Shown in pieces: positions 25,724 through 39,420 of a DNA stretch of 64,000 nucleotides. The DNA is from Blasia pusilla. Lineage: Eukaryota. The notes beneath the pieces are model-generated. The model saw nothing but the letters and a program-made list of their open reading frames with translations, was not told the origin of the DNA and did no database searches. Made by a program: the position numbers and the translations under genes. The first letter of the stretch is position 1. Each line of letters opens with the position of its first letter. The stretch covers positions 38,874,001 through 38,938,000 of the forward strand of contig CM114271.1 of NCBI GenBank assembly GCA_050084515.1. Reading direction: 5' to 3'.

Positions 25724-28593
25724 TTATGCCTTGTGGTGCCGTTGAAGAGACGCCGGGGGAGAGGGGAAGGCGGAGAGAGGAAGGCGAGGGGTGAGGAGGA
25801 CTTCGAGTGGAATTTCTTTGTGGAGGACGAGTCCGAAGCGTTCGGAAAAGTCCACGTCCTGGGGACTCATTCCGGCCGGGAGCTTCCAGTCGAAGCACTG
25901 GAGCAGGATGGCAATCGTGTGCTGCAGTATGAGGACGGCGAAGTTCTTCCCCGGACACATTCTCCTCCCGGATCCGAAAGGGAGCAGTTCGAAATCCCTG
26001 CCGTGGACGTCGACGCTACTCGACGCGAATCTCTCGGGCCAGAAGTCGTTCGGTCTTTCCCAAACCCTTGGATCTCTGCCGATGCCGTAAGCGTTGACGA
26101 AAACCATGCTCTCTGCCGGAAGGAAGTACCCATCGACCTCGCAGTCTGCCATCGAAAAATGCGGCACCATCACGGGGGCAGCGGGATGGAGCCGCAAGAC
26201 TTCCCGCACGATGGCGCGCATGTAATTCAGCTTAGGGACGTCCGATTCCTCCACCAATCGCTCCCGCCCCACCACTGCATCTATCTCCTCTTGAGCCTTT
26301 TCCAGCGCGTCGGGCCTCCTCAGTAGCTCCGCCATCGCCCACTCCAATGTCGCGGACGTAGTATCCGTTCCCGCGAGGAGAATGTCCTGTACAAAATCGC
26401 CCATCTCAGGAATTAGATCGCACGCCGTGACCGGTGCTAATCTGCGAGGAGGTGCCGGCTACCTACCTACCTTTCGCAGCAATCCATCAAATCAGATCAC
26501 GGCCAAGCTTGTAGAAGCGGGCTTCCATGTTCACATTTGCAATTTGAGCCCTGTTATGGTTTCTCTAAAAGCATCGACTAGTTCAAACGATCTGAGCACT
26601 TCTCGGATTAGATTTGTCGCATGCTGAAAGCTCCGAGTGCGATTCCATCTCACGACGTCCCAAGTCGCAACAGCGCTGCCGGCTTTCTACCAATTCACAG
26701 CCCGAGAACAGAGTGATCCGCCACGTTTTTGAAGAGCCTATTGCTCTCAGCAGGGTCGGAGATACGCCTCCGTCCTAGCTGGGGCTACAAATCGAACCCG
26801 GAAACCCCAGTTTCCATGCGATTCAAGGTCAATCAACTTCCAGCGAAATATGGTCCGCTCAGACCAAATTTCGCTGGAAGTTGCGGACCATATGACCCCA
26901 GGATCTTCCTGCCGTCCATCGATGGACTTCTGCCCCGTTCCGCCTTCACAGAGACTCTGAGCGGGCAATCAGTAGTGCACCTGATTTTCTTGATCGATCA
27001 TGAGCAAGGACTATTCGAATGATCATGACTCGAGTCTGCCAACAAGGACCCGTGCTCCTTGATTGTCTGATTTGTTCGAGACACAAGCCAGAGCATTTTT
27101 CCACGCTAGCAATTGCGATCATTCCCAAACAGAGTCAAAGAATTCAACAGCGTATGAAGTGGACTTACAAATAGCACCCCTTTCATCTCAGTTTCAGTTA
27201 GAACTCTCCCACTTTCGTCTCCCTGAGTCGATAATGTCAGCAGCACATCGACCAGATCCCTCAAGTTGTTCTTGTCTAAGGTCTGGCGATGCTCGTCGAG
27301 AATGGCATCGAAGAATTTGTGAATTTTGCCGAAGGACACTTTCATAGCCTTTCTACTCCCAAACAGATCGAAAGGCTTCAAAATAGGTATGAAGTCTCCC
27401 ATATCCAGTTGACCCAAACCCTCAAAACACTCCCTCAGGGTCTCCTCAAATTCGAACGATTCTTTAGAAATGTCTGCCTCGTCTCCAAAGTAGTTCTCGC
27501 TGGCCATCATGCGGGTCAAATTGTTTGCGATGAAAACAGAAAACTTGACGTTCATCGCCACTTCTTTTCCCCCTCGAGATCCTTCCAGTAAGTCCAGCAG
27601 TAAAGACGCCGTCTGCTCCCTTCTCATGACCTGTGAGGTCCAACTACTCCCAAGTCAGAATGCAACATATACGCACTCAAACCCACCGAGCATTCGTGAG
27701 CAGTTCCCCCATCTCTGCTCATCCTCAGAGTTCAGGTTCTAATTTACAACTGGACTCAGAAGCGATCCGGAACAGTGAGAACAACGTCTCGATCTGACCT
27801 CCGAGGGGTGGAAAATACAGTCGTTTCAGACCACAAATTCACCCCTGCGGATAGGACTCAGTTCTCCAATCCCCCGTCTAGCGAGGCCTGGATCTGGCCA
27901 GAAAGTTCTTCAACAAAATCGTTGAGATTTTGGGGTTTCCACATCGAGAACGTTCCCTTCAACTCCAAATGGCGGAAGGTCGATTGATTGATCGATTTCG
28001 GCATGACAACAGCAGATTTGGAGGAGTAAAAGGTCTACATTTTTGGTCTAACCATCAACCAGATCAAAGAATATTTACACGGAAATTTCAGAATTCTTGG
28101 AAATTCTGATTCCGACATAGTGAGTCATCACTGGTGGACGAGCAGGAATCCACACCTGGAAATCTTCAAGCCGCTTCGGGTTGAGGAGTTCCGTCATGTA
28201 CAGCTTCTTCAGGTACCGTGAGTCAACTCCGTAAGGCGACAACCCCATCAGCCGACTCTGGATATATTTCAGCTTCACACCATTTAGACGCGACGCAAAG
28301 GTGAGATCATGAGTCTTGAGAATCAATTCCGCTAGTTTTGGTGATGAAATTATCACGGCAGGAATCGCACCCATGCGCAAGGACGTGATCGGCCCGTACT
28401 TCTGCGAGAGCTCCATGAACAAAATGTGCGGCTTTTGGTCTCCGGCCAGGAGCGGAAGATTTCCCAACACAGGCCACGGCTTCGGGCCCGGAGGATATCG
28501 TCGGCGCCTCTTCGAACTCGCCAACTTGCCGAAGATGAGCAGCACCATCACTGCCACAGCGATCCCCGTGATCAATTCCCAACTCGCTTCCAT
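25724..28593 (-). CDS. Cytochrome P450, CYP71 clan (A-type); 3 exons 28593-28156, 27630-27169, 26386-25724; ~520 aa
   Basis: N-terminal TM anchor, PPGPKPWP, AGTDT (I-helix), EVLR, PERF and PFGSGRRMCPG (heme). GT-AG phase-0 introns join the exons into an uninterrupted frame. Confidence 0.95.
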
Positions 28594-30339
28594 CTTCGCC
28601 CGCTCGCACCAATCCTGTACCCTCGGATTTCCTACCTATATGAATGATATCGCCTCGGAACCTCTGAAACCAATCCGACCTGGTCGCCGCAGACTCGATA
28701 GATCCTGAGACACGACTCCCGTGCACACATCCGCAGATCCGGTGAGGTATCGCGCCACCGAGAGTTCTTTTGCTGGGATTTGCGAATCAGCCTCGATCGA
28801 TCGCGGCCCAAGATCTCCGAATGCGCACCGAACTAGCCGCATGGCTGGACCTTTCCACACCTCATGAAAAAGAAGACAGACGGAACTGGCACTTTTGCAG
28901 ACTCCATGAATTTGTGCACGTCCAGTTGTTCCGGGCAGTTGGTTGCACGACCTCTTCTCTCCCGGCCGATAGCCGGCAGATGTCTGCGTCTGGGAATTCG
29001 TCCCCTTTGTATCTCCTCGGTCCTCCACCGGGGGACTTATCTCCTCGGTCCTCCACGGGGGACTCGCTAATGAGTCCTCTCGAGTCGTGACTGGTTCAAG
29101 TTTTGAACAACCGTCACCGTCGATCGGAATGGAACGCCGTAGAAAGTCCGTCGACGGAGCGGGTAATCGCTACTGGACGTCGTGTCGTGTTCGTTTGCAA
29201 GGGCACTATGCACAGAGTCACCCGAGTGCGTCCGATTAATTATGAGCTAATCCTACATCGTTTTAGCATGTCAACGACTGTCGGTTGGGGAGTCGCGTAG
29301 CGATCATGCTGTCCTGTCAGGGGCGCAGTCTCCGTCTCCCTCCTCTCCGTGTTGGCGGGGCCCGTAAGGTGTCCGTCTCATGTGCTGGATCTTACGGAGT
29401 GAGCTCACGGCTGGACACGTGTCAATGGCCCACGGGTTAAGCGTTCGTTCCTCAATGCTGCGGGAGAAAGAACTTGTTTCCAATTCGGGAATAGTTCCAC
29501 TACGACTAATGGCCCAAAAGTCATTTAATTTAAATGAATATCTCATTTCCACCTATTCGTGAATTTCGGGAGGAAGGGGTCACACTTGGGACAGCATATT
29601 TCCTTACGTCAGGACATGCGAAACGTGCGAAAGAGGACTACATGCACTGGTGTAACATTCCACAAAATGACGTGGCTATTTTAAGTGTGAGGAGAATGAA
29701 TTTCCATACTATGGCACCATGGAAGAATCCATATTCTACGTCATAGGTAACAATATAAAGCAAATTCTCAGGAGCTAAAAGGTACCTCCTCGCACCCCCA
29801 AGACACACAACTAGTTGACTAATTCTCAAATCGAATAAGACAACATGGGATGGGAGAAGGATACCCTTGAATCAAACCATTTTCCACATAAAAAGTCTTC
29901 CGAGATATTTGCAGGCACACCTTTACCTTCGATCCAACTCCTGACTTATGAGAAAAATAATATAAGAGTATGTTACTACCTTAGACCACTTTATTTGTGC
30001 GTATTATTATTTGTCATTTTCGTGATTATGAATACTAATTACGAGTCGAATAATGGAATAATGGAAGGAGCCGTCATTACCTTAGACAGATTCATTTCTA
30101 AGTATTATATTTTCATTTGCAAAATGAAAAATCATGCAAGAGTGTGTCACCGCCTAACACTTCTTCATTTCTATTTATCATATTGTCAATTACATCATGG
30201 AAAACTTTGCAAGAGTGTTTCACAACCTAAGACCTCTTCATTTGCATGCATTGTATTGTCATTTGCATGAGGAAAATTAATGCGAGACTCTCATAATTTT
30301 ATTCCCACCCGATTATGACTTCATGGAGTAATAAGAACT

Positions 30340-30735
30340 TTACTTAAGGTGCCGTTTGGAAAAAGTCCCCATTGAAGGCTCATAGAAACGCAATCTAAAA
30401 AGGAATGGTGCCCTTGAGTAAGACGAAAACAAGGCCTTTTGATTTTCCCCACGGTGTGGAAACTTCTCGTTTCCTGTCCGGGATTGATTTTCTTAATCAC
30501 TTTTCTTTAGGGCCCTAAGTATAAGCCTCCAAAGGCACAAATTTTGTAATTCTTCTTTTTAGAGTTGGTTGAAGCGCTCTTAGAAACGCTTCTAAAAAGG
30601 AATGGGGCCCTTGGCGGAGTATGACAAAAACATGGCCTTTTCGTTCCAGTCACCGGTGTAAGAGTTCCTACTTTCCTTATCAGGATTTTTCTCAATTTTT
30701 AATTAATTTTCTGTAAAGCTCCTAAGTATAAGCAT
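30340..30735. repeat. Two diverged tandem units of ~198 bp
   Basis: AAAAGGAATGG.GCCCTTG...AAAACA.GGCCTTTT near 30397 and 30595; CCTAAGTATAAGC near 30514 and 30721. Confidence 0.65.
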
Positions 30736-31725
30736 GTGACGCTATAAGAAAATTTATTTTTAAAAAAAATGCATGTATAGTCGTCACGTATTTGCATTTA
30801 ATGCAAAAAAAAAAATTTACTAGTATTTTTTTTTCCCTTGCTTTTAGGGTGAGATGAGTGGGAATGAAAAAATTCACCTATGGAGAATGATAATGTGAAA
30901 TTAGAGGACACACAATGAATAAATTTTACTTTTAAAAAATATGACAAAAAATAAGAAAGATCGATTTTTTTTAATAAATTTAACTTTGCTCAAGAAAAAT
31001 TTTCATAAATTTTCCTTTATTAATTTTGAAAAAATGATTTATCCCTTTTCCAATCCCCATATTTCAATAAATAAATAAATAAAATGAAAATCTTACCCAT
31101 TCTTGTTTTCTGCTTAGTATAGGGTAAAATCAGAAAAAATCATCAAGTGAGGGACAAATTTGACAGGGGTCTTCAAAGGTTTTCAATTAGTAAAAAAATT
31201 CATTCATTTTGATCCAAAGTTTGTCTCAAAATATTTTTTTTTAAATCCCTCACAATTAAAGCTTGAAAAGGAAACTAAATGACATATTTCTAAATTAAGG
31301 TAATGTATGTAATTTCCCTTCCAAAATTAACTTAAAATTAAAAAAATTCTAACTTTTGAAATAATAATTTTAATTTCTATAATGAAAAACTTAACTGATT
31401 ACGAAAAAGAGATAAATTTATTTTTGGGACTCTATTTTTAAATTTAAATTTCTTTTGAAAAAATATTAGTTTTATTTAAAAATCTCTTTTCTATTCAAAT
31501 CTTAACTTAGTACAGGGAAAATCAAACAATAATTGAGTATCTGAAAGGCTTCACCCGTGGCACACACAGCTTCGTACCGCCCTTAATAGAATAGTATGAT
31601 GAAGTGACTACATTTTAGGAGGGCTCCCTGTAACTATTCATCAAGAGCAAAGAGTCGGGAGCAAGTCAACCATCAGGTTTGAAAGATCATGCAAGTCATG
31701 ATTGTTTATCCTTATGTCCTAGGGA

Positions 31726-32371
31726 CTAGTAAGACGCCATGCGGATGCACGTTTTATAAATGTAAAATTTTTAAACAACGAGCAATTTTAGAGTTTTCTC
31801 ATATTATTTGGGCATGTGTGAAATTTGGAAAATATGAATTATAATAAATAAATTTCAAAATCTTATAGAAAATGAAAAAAGGTTTGAAAGATTAAGAGAA
31901 AAAAATTGCAAGGGGAGATTAACAAAAAACCAGGTAAAAACTGAGGACATATTATGTAAACATCATTTTGTGCATCTTCTTGATTTTTTTTAATTTCATA
32001 AGTTTCAATTTGGAAACAAATCCATCATTATAATGGTCAAAATTTTCCATTTTCAAATTTCAAATAAAAGAAGAATTGAAGCGTGCTTTCTTTCAAACCT
32101 GATCCCTTTAATTTTTTCAAGAAATATTTTTTTGAAGGATGAATTATTTTAAATAATATATTTAACCAAAAAACCCTCCCTTTCCTTTTGCCTCTTATTC
32201 AAACTCTCTCACCTCATCTCCCTTAAGTCTTTTCTTTTAAATGTACACATGTTGTAAGCAAAAATGCCCTCAAAGGAGACATGTCCCTTTGAGGGGACAT
32301 GTCTCCTTTGAGGGCATTCTCCAAGGAGACATCTATACTATCAATAGAGGAAGGCCTCTATTAATAGTATA
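31726..32371 (-). mobile_element. Probable Helitron remnant (3' end at 31726; other boundary uncertain)
   Basis: Minus strand reads CGTGCATCCGCATGGCGTCTTACTAG|T, similar to the Helitron end at 18417-18442; the adjacent sequence is AT-rich. Confidence 0.5.
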
Positions 32372-33786
32372 AATAAGTTCCCTGCTAACTAAGTTGACAC
32401 ATATACTCATGTTTCACAAAAATAGTACTAGTTGTGACTCTTTTTCCTTATGTTACAAAGATTTCAATCACGACTAAGTAAACATGTCTAGCCATGCTGC
32501 CAAACACTAACTACCGATGAGATTAAAGATGAATTTCTTGAGTTGTCTCAAACTTAAGTCCCAAATATCCCTACTAATGGGTTTGACATGCCTGCCATCA
32601 TAAAGTACGATGTCCACATGCATACCTTTTTACTTGATGGGTTTGGCCAATTCTTTGTAAATCTTGTCAATTCTATTTAGAGATTCTCAAGTGCAATTTG
32701 AAAGTCTAGGAAGAATTTAATTGTAAATTTTTTTAATTTTTTCTTTAAATTTAAAAATATTCATTTTTAGAACATATAAAGAATTGTTCTTCGAACATGT
32801 TGAACACTTATATTATTATTATTAAGTTTTAAAAATTAAAAATTTTCTATTGGGATCATATCATCATGTGTATATTTCAAACGCCAATATTAGTAATGGT
32901 ATGTATTTTCTCATTTAAGTTCATTTAAAATTTATATGATGGGAACTTAATAAACTTAATTTGTGTACATTGCATGGACCATTGAATCTAAATTATTCCA
33001 TGAATACAGCAGTTTTTTGTTTATTGTTGCAGTATTTTTTAAGATTAACACTTTTCCCTTATCTAAATTCTCTTTTTTTAATTAATTTTTAATTCCATTA
33101 TTTTTCATGCCTTGCATGGGTAATTAAAACACAATCTATAATAATTTGAGCTTTATAAGTTAGGGAATTTTTAATTCTTTGGTCTATTTTTAACTTTCAA
33201 AAATAATTGTGCAAAATTTTATCTTTAAGAATTCCAAAAAATTGATCCTTTTCTTTTTTCATTAAAATATGAAAAAATGGAGAAATTATTAACAAGGATT
33301 TCTTATTGAACAAAACAATGAAAGTGTTAAATTTTCAATAAGAGAGAGATTTAGGGAAAGATGTAGTAAACTTTGAATAGGGAAGGGGAAGGGGAAAATG
33401 GATAATTTTCAAGAAGGGAGGGATAGTGGATTCCTAAGGGAAAATATTTTAATGTTTCCTTTTCAATAAAATAAGAAAATACATAGTAAAAGTATTTCCC
33501 ACCACCCTGCCCAACGCTTTATCCAAAGGGGTGAAGACCCTCTTTGGAGATTTAGGGAGGGCCCATCAATCCCTACCCATTCTTAAGGGTAGAATTTGAC
33601 TCCATCTCCCCATATTTATCCCCAACCTTTCATGGGGAAATGAGATAGACAATATAGGTAGGGTCAAATCCTCTCCATTCCTTTAGGGAGTAAAGTTATG
33701 AACCAGTATGCATCCCTCTTTAGGGTTTTGAGTTTTATAACAAACTTTAGAACAAATTCTTATTCGGAATAACATCGGGAGTAACA

Positions 33787-33945
33787 CGGTGCTTGGTGGG
33801 TCGGAGAACACGAATCCGAGTAGGAAGCACGAAGGTTGAGAGAACGGCGAAGGTGAAATGGGAAGAAACCCGGTGCTTGGAGGGTTGGAGAACACAAATC
33901 CGAGTAGAAAGCACGAAGGTTCGGAGAACGGCGAACAGGTTAAAA
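33787..33945. repeat. ~84-bp tandem duplication just left of the Gypsy insertion
   Basis: CGGTGCTTGG...GGAGAACAC.AATCCGAGTAG.AAGCACGAAGGTT...GAGAACGGCGAA occurs twice. Confidence 0.8.
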
Positions 33946-33997
33946 AGAAGTCTTGAATGGGAACTATTCTATTATGTATTAATGGGAACACGGACAC

Positions 33998-34477
33998 TGT
34001 CACATCTCAGTAGCCAATAGGCAGAGATCTATCGTGGATAGGGCGTAGGAGCCAATGGACTATCTTGAGTGAAACTTTGTCCCACGGTGTCGGATGAGGT
34101 TGAGGATAGGTCCGTTGTATCAGGAACATCGTTTTTGACAACTTTCCTGTTGAGGTCTTTCATAGTCGGGTGACTTGTTGACCAGGTCACTCGCCCCTGG
34201 TAACTTGTACGCGCAGGTTACCAGGAGGATTAGCTATTTTTCGGGGAAGAGTCTTTTGGCTCTTCCTAAGCTTATCTAAGGGAGGAATATGGCTTTCCCA
34301 AGCCATCTTTCTCAGGTTGGGCCATTGGAGCACCTCTCTTATATGTGTGTGGATAGGACTAGGGTGCTAGCATCCGGATTCCTTGATACAACAGGATGGA
34401 CGAGGCTCGATATGCCGATGTAGATTGAGGAGTGGAGTTTTAGGTTGGGTGTGCCATTTTTACTACTCTTTATTTTT
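33998..34477 (+). repeat. Terminal repeat A1 (5' LTR-like)
   Basis: Aligns end to end with 42978-43456. Confidence 0.92.
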
Positions 34478-36179
34478 ACATGAGAAAGATATCAAGGGGC
34501 TGGTAGGAATTCATTGTTTGCAGGCAGGCAAGCGAGTTGCCTCGGTGGGGAGCCCCTAGAGATGTTGGTTGGCGTTTCATTGGTCATTTTTCTATTCGGA
34601 AGGCCGTGGGCGAAAGCGCTGTTTTTTCTTCTCAGATTTTTCTCGTGTAGGTTAACGAGGGACAACAACAGAGTGGGAGTCACGCAGGAGCGCTCGGGTG
34701 CAATGCAAAGGGTTGGAGCGTTGGAGAATAGGCACAACGGGAGTGTAGAGAGAAAACGTTGAGAGTTTGTAGCGGCTAGGGAGGGGGCCCGCATAGGGTC
34801 GCACGTGCCCCCCCCCCCCCACCTCTTTTTTCGGATGTGGTTGGCGCCATGGTCGGCGCCAACATCGAAATCGTCGTGGTCGGTGCCTCCCACGCAACAT
34901 GGTAACCAAGTAGGGCGTACGTGGTAGCAGTGAAGGATATGTGGTAGAACTATGGGCAACGTGGTAGACGGGATGACATGGTTGAGTTCAGACGGAGTTG
35001 AGTAAGGTTACGGGGGCGTTTGGGGATGGGCGGAGAGGTTTGCGCGACGTGATGTTTTTTTTCGAGCATGGTTAGGAGTTGCGAGGGTTGTGCTGGGGAC
35101 ACACACGCCGATGCTGGCGGGAGGTTTGACGAGTGACCGAGGAGATGGTTGTGCTACGGACGTTGTCATATCACGTGGAGGAGTGAGTGTTGACGGTGTA
35201 GTAGGTTGGAGGGCATGATTAGGTTACCCATTCGAGTCCCTTTTTCCCACACTTATCTTACGTGATTGAGAGTACTAGGTACCAGATAGTAGCTGGTGCT
35301 AGGTGGGTGCAGTGATGGTGATGAGTGTAGACTCTTTTCATGTCTAGCATGTTGGTGGATATATGGCGGTTGTCAAGTAGGGGTCGCATGTATGACCCGA
35401 GCGTGTCGGTAGGTTAGGTGAGTTAGTGGGAGACTCATGGTGAGCTTGAGTGTTGGGTGTGCGTGAGGTTAGGTGTGTCATCACGGGATTGATGTTAGCA
35501 CAGGTGAGCTAGTGAGGAGTGTGGGAGACTCTCGGTGAGTTTGAGTGCTTGAGCGGATGAGACAGGGTTGTCATCACGGCGTTCTTCCAGGGTTCGGAAG
35601 AACTGGGTAGTGCGAGCAGTAGTAGTGGTGTGACACGGAGTGGAGTGAGATACCGAGGGGTTACGAGTGAGGAGCTACCGCGATATCCATCTGTGGTTGG
35701 ATCTTCATCACTAGACACCGGGTCTGGTGACGAGATCGCAGACGGAGGCAGTATCACTTGGCAAGAGATGGATGACATGGGCCATCGGGGCATGCATCGT
35801 TTCTCGGGTGCAGCGGGCACCATCGACTTAGATGATTTATCCATGAGTTCAACACGTGGTGCGACTTCCAGGAGATACGGACCCGACACGGTCCAACCCT
35901 TTCATGGCATGGAAGGGGTTGTTCCATCACTTGGAGGGTCCTCCGATGGATGACTACATGGAGTTTCGATCACTATATTCAGTAGAGATCGATGCCTAGA
36001 GGATGTATTGGGCTCCAGGGTATGTGTTCACTAGTGGTCACGAGGCATATGATGGGATCATGAGAGGAGAAAGATCCACACCATCAGCCCACAGACTAGA
36101 TGGAGAGGAGGGCAGTGAGACAGGCGATGTGGCAAAGACCTCTGGTGATAGAGGTCCACCAAGCTTTAGTCCCAAAGTG

Positions 36180-36900
36180 GAGTTCTTCCGACAGTTCGGG
36201 AACCAGGGCGTACGCACTGACAACTTGAAGAGTCTATAGGATTTTCAGCGACGATCGGGTGAGAGTCTGAGAGAGGCATTCACGCGAATGAGGAGGTTGA
36301 TCATTGCTACGTATGGAGCGACTGAGGCGCAGTCACTCTAGTATTGGTACGGGGTTCTGGACCGAGAACTACGGAGGAGAGTCCCGGATGCAGTGCTGAT
36401 TCACACAGCGAAGCCCACATTGAAGGTGGTCTTTGAGTTGTCTGAGCGTGTTAAGCTCAACATGAGTGAAGAGCAGGTAGTGACCGCTGGATTTTCTTGA
36501 GAGTCGACGGGCAAAAGCGATGGTGATCCCACAAGTGCCACAGCGAGCACCAGTACCACGGGAGCGGGCCAGTGTGCCCAGAGAGCAGGTTGGGTACCGT
36601 GAGCCTATGAGGCAACGAATCCTATCTACATATGGTGCCCAGCAGGGACCGATGTTGTCTTGTTGGAGGTGTGGAAGGGCCCATAGGCAGAGAGACTGCA
36701 CACAGCATGGGAGAGGACCACGAGCGCCTCCGATTGCTCAGGAGCCATAGAGGATGGCCCCACCATAATACTAGTGTGACCATTGCCACAGATATGGTCA
36801 CACGAGGGATAGATGTTTTGACCTTCGTCGAGAGGTACGTCCGGAGGTAGGTCGAGGGCCTCGGGGCGGTCATCCTGGAGGAGGTCGGGGAGTTCTTACT
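36180..36900 (+). pseudogene. gag: gag region with two zinc knuckles
   Basis: FQRRSGESLREAFTRMRRL (capsid MHR-like), CWRCGRAHRQRDC, and in a shifted frame CDHCHRYGHTRDRC. Confidence 0.75.
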
Positions 36901-37659
36901 AGACGTGGTGGTAGAGGACCACCACCAGCAAGAAGAGATGGAGCAGGAGCACCAGAGCTGGCACTTCTCTCATGCATCGATTAGTTGGAACAAAGGATTG
37001 CTGCCACGACAATGATGCAGCTCAGGGAAGGCGCAGAGCCACGAGCAGCTAGTGTGGCTCCAGCTTCTACCTCTTACCCTGACGTGGGTGAGGATCTCGC
37101 TAGTATGGGGTTTATGTGTAGTGCAGCTCAGGTTGAGACGGCTGCAGTGGTAACTCGGGGTGCTGCAAGAGGCACCCAGCCATCGAGAGGTGGAGTTGAG
37201 ATTGACCCATCGGAGGGGACCGATGGACGGTAGGCTAGGGTTTCACAGTCATTCACATTGTCGGAGACACTACACACACCATCGATGGTGCCTCAACAAC
37301 CAGCGGTGCCTACAGCTCAAGCAGGTACGTTGACGTCACAAGGAGTTGGAGTGACAACTCCTATGTCGGCTCAAGTGGAATCAATGTCGACCATAGTGTT
37401 GGAAGTGGGCACCAGAGTGAGTCAAACTCTGCTATTTTCCGCCATAGAGTTGGCGACGTTGGGAGTTAGACCAGTTGAGGTGTTCCGGTTGGCCGTCATG
37501 TTGTGTGAGCGTGGCGAGGTGACTGCTTCTTGTTCAGAGGTAGTTGAGGAGGTGGTGGACTTGCCCTAAGAGCCGATGCTCGAGACGTCCCCCACAGAGT
37601 CATGGCATGCAGCGGCGGCGAAGTTGATAGATATGCCAGCTCGACCGGCCATAGAGCGA

Positions 37660-38110
37660 GCAGTGGTGACACCTGGAGTAATATTACTGAATAATCAAGC
37701 TGGAGTATTTTGCTTGGTTAGTCCGATGGGAACAGAATATCACCCGCATCGCGTCCTTCTTGATTCCAGAGCGCAGCCCTTGATGTTAGGGAAGGCGGCA
37801 TGTTTAGCGTTGGGATACGGAAGGCCGACATTGAGCCTTGTCCCTTCCAGATACAGACCTTGATTGGGGGCGTATCACCCACGCAGTATATGACTTGACA
37901 AGAGATAGTTGTTAGAGTCCAACCAGAGCATGCGATGGATAGTGCTATGGTGCGCACACGTGAAATTATGACACCAGCTGAGTCGTACGATGTATTGGTG
38001 GGAAATACAATGTTATATCCCCAAGGATTCATCCTTGACTTCTGGGAGGAGACCGTTGCTTATCGACCAGTGTGGCGGTCAGATGACGGGCGGATGAGTC
38101 AGTTACCCGT
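37660..38110 (+). pseudogene. Retroviral-type aspartic protease, decayed
   Basis: RVLLDSRAQ (DSGA-equivalent) and downstream YDVLVGN (flap-distal ILG-type motif). Confidence 0.7.
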
Positions 38111-38474
38111 GCAATTTGCGGGACGAGGTGGTCGATCACGAGACGAGTCTGTGACCACGTTGGCAGCTTTCACATGTAGTGTTAGCTGGCCAGGAGAGTT
38201 GTTGGAGGGGAATGCACATGCGGAGGATGTGCCAGTAGCAGATAGTCCCATGGAGAGACAGGCCATGGCGGGTATCTCTTCCCATGTTGGCGAGACCTCT
38301 TCACCATTGTGGGGTATGACTCGAAAGCTACAGAGGAGTGTATACAACCTCATGAGGTAGGCGTGGAGTCATGCCTTTATCCCGGAGCAGCAAGATTCAG
38401 GTGGCGATCAAGACCCTGGAGTAGAGACGTTGATCCCATTGGATACCACACCCGTTGTGTGGAGTGTCTAGAGG

Positions 38475-39420
38475 AAGGTGTTAGGGTGTTAGATCTTTTC
38501 AAAGGGATTAGCACAGGATTGGTTGCGGTAATGCAGGCAGGGATACGGGTGCATTAGTACCTTTATGTGGAGAGAGATGAGACCGCGCGGCGAGTATCAT
38601 TACGTCACGTAGCGAGATTGGTCTAGAGGTATCCTGAGTTGTTTCCGATATCTGCAGTATGGGAATATCATCATACACTACCCACCGACATCTCTTTGGT
38701 GGGGGCGTAGGATCTAGATAGAGTTGGCACCATTCATTTGGTGATTTCTGGATGGCCATGTCATGGTCATTCATCACCTGGCCGAGGGTTTAGATTGCAG
38801 GATCCGAGATCAGGGATGTTTTGGGAGATGCTGCGAGTAGTACGACACTTGCAAGAGAGTCACACATCTTCTCCGGCGTACATTTTGGAGAATGTGTTGT
38901 TGTTGGGAGACACTTGTGCACGTTTGATGACGAGTGTGCATCAGGTGACCTACTGTGTTGCTAGATGCAGCGAGAGTTGGATCATGCACCCATCGTCCAC
39001 GACTATGGTGGATGAACCTAATACCATCAGAGGTACTGAGTCAAGCATACGATGGAGTCTAGAGAGCACCACATCTCACAGTGGATGCTATTTTGGGCTC
39101 ACGGCATCGATCTCAGGTAGTGACATGGGATGATAGACCACCGTTGGCGGTGGCCAATAGAATCGGGGAGTTGACGGCACCCTTACCTACGTTGGTGAGC
39201 TTCCCAACATCCCATGCCTTTCGTCAAGGAGGGCTAGGCATGATTTGGGATGAGGTGACCTGAGCATTAGAGGAGCCTATAGAAGATGAGCGCGAGCGCG
39301 CCATGGGGTTTGCTACATGTACTACGGTGGTGCCAAGTATGACAGAGGCATCCGGGAGATAGATGTTGGGGCACGCAATGGACCTCAACTGTCTCACATG
39401 GATAGTCAGCCTAGGTATGG
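38475..39420 (+). pseudogene. DNMT3-like C5 cytosine DNA methyltransferase domain within pol
   Basis: Motifs in linear order across frame breaks: VRVLDLFKGI (I), YVE (II), VISGWPCHGHS (IV), DPRSGMFWE, YILENV (VI), HRPRLWWMNL (VIII), ERERAMGF (IX), LGHAMD (X). Confidence 0.9.

Noticed and set aside
25691-26326. 211-aa plus-strand ORF
   Set aside because: Antisense shadow of GC-rich P450 exon 3.
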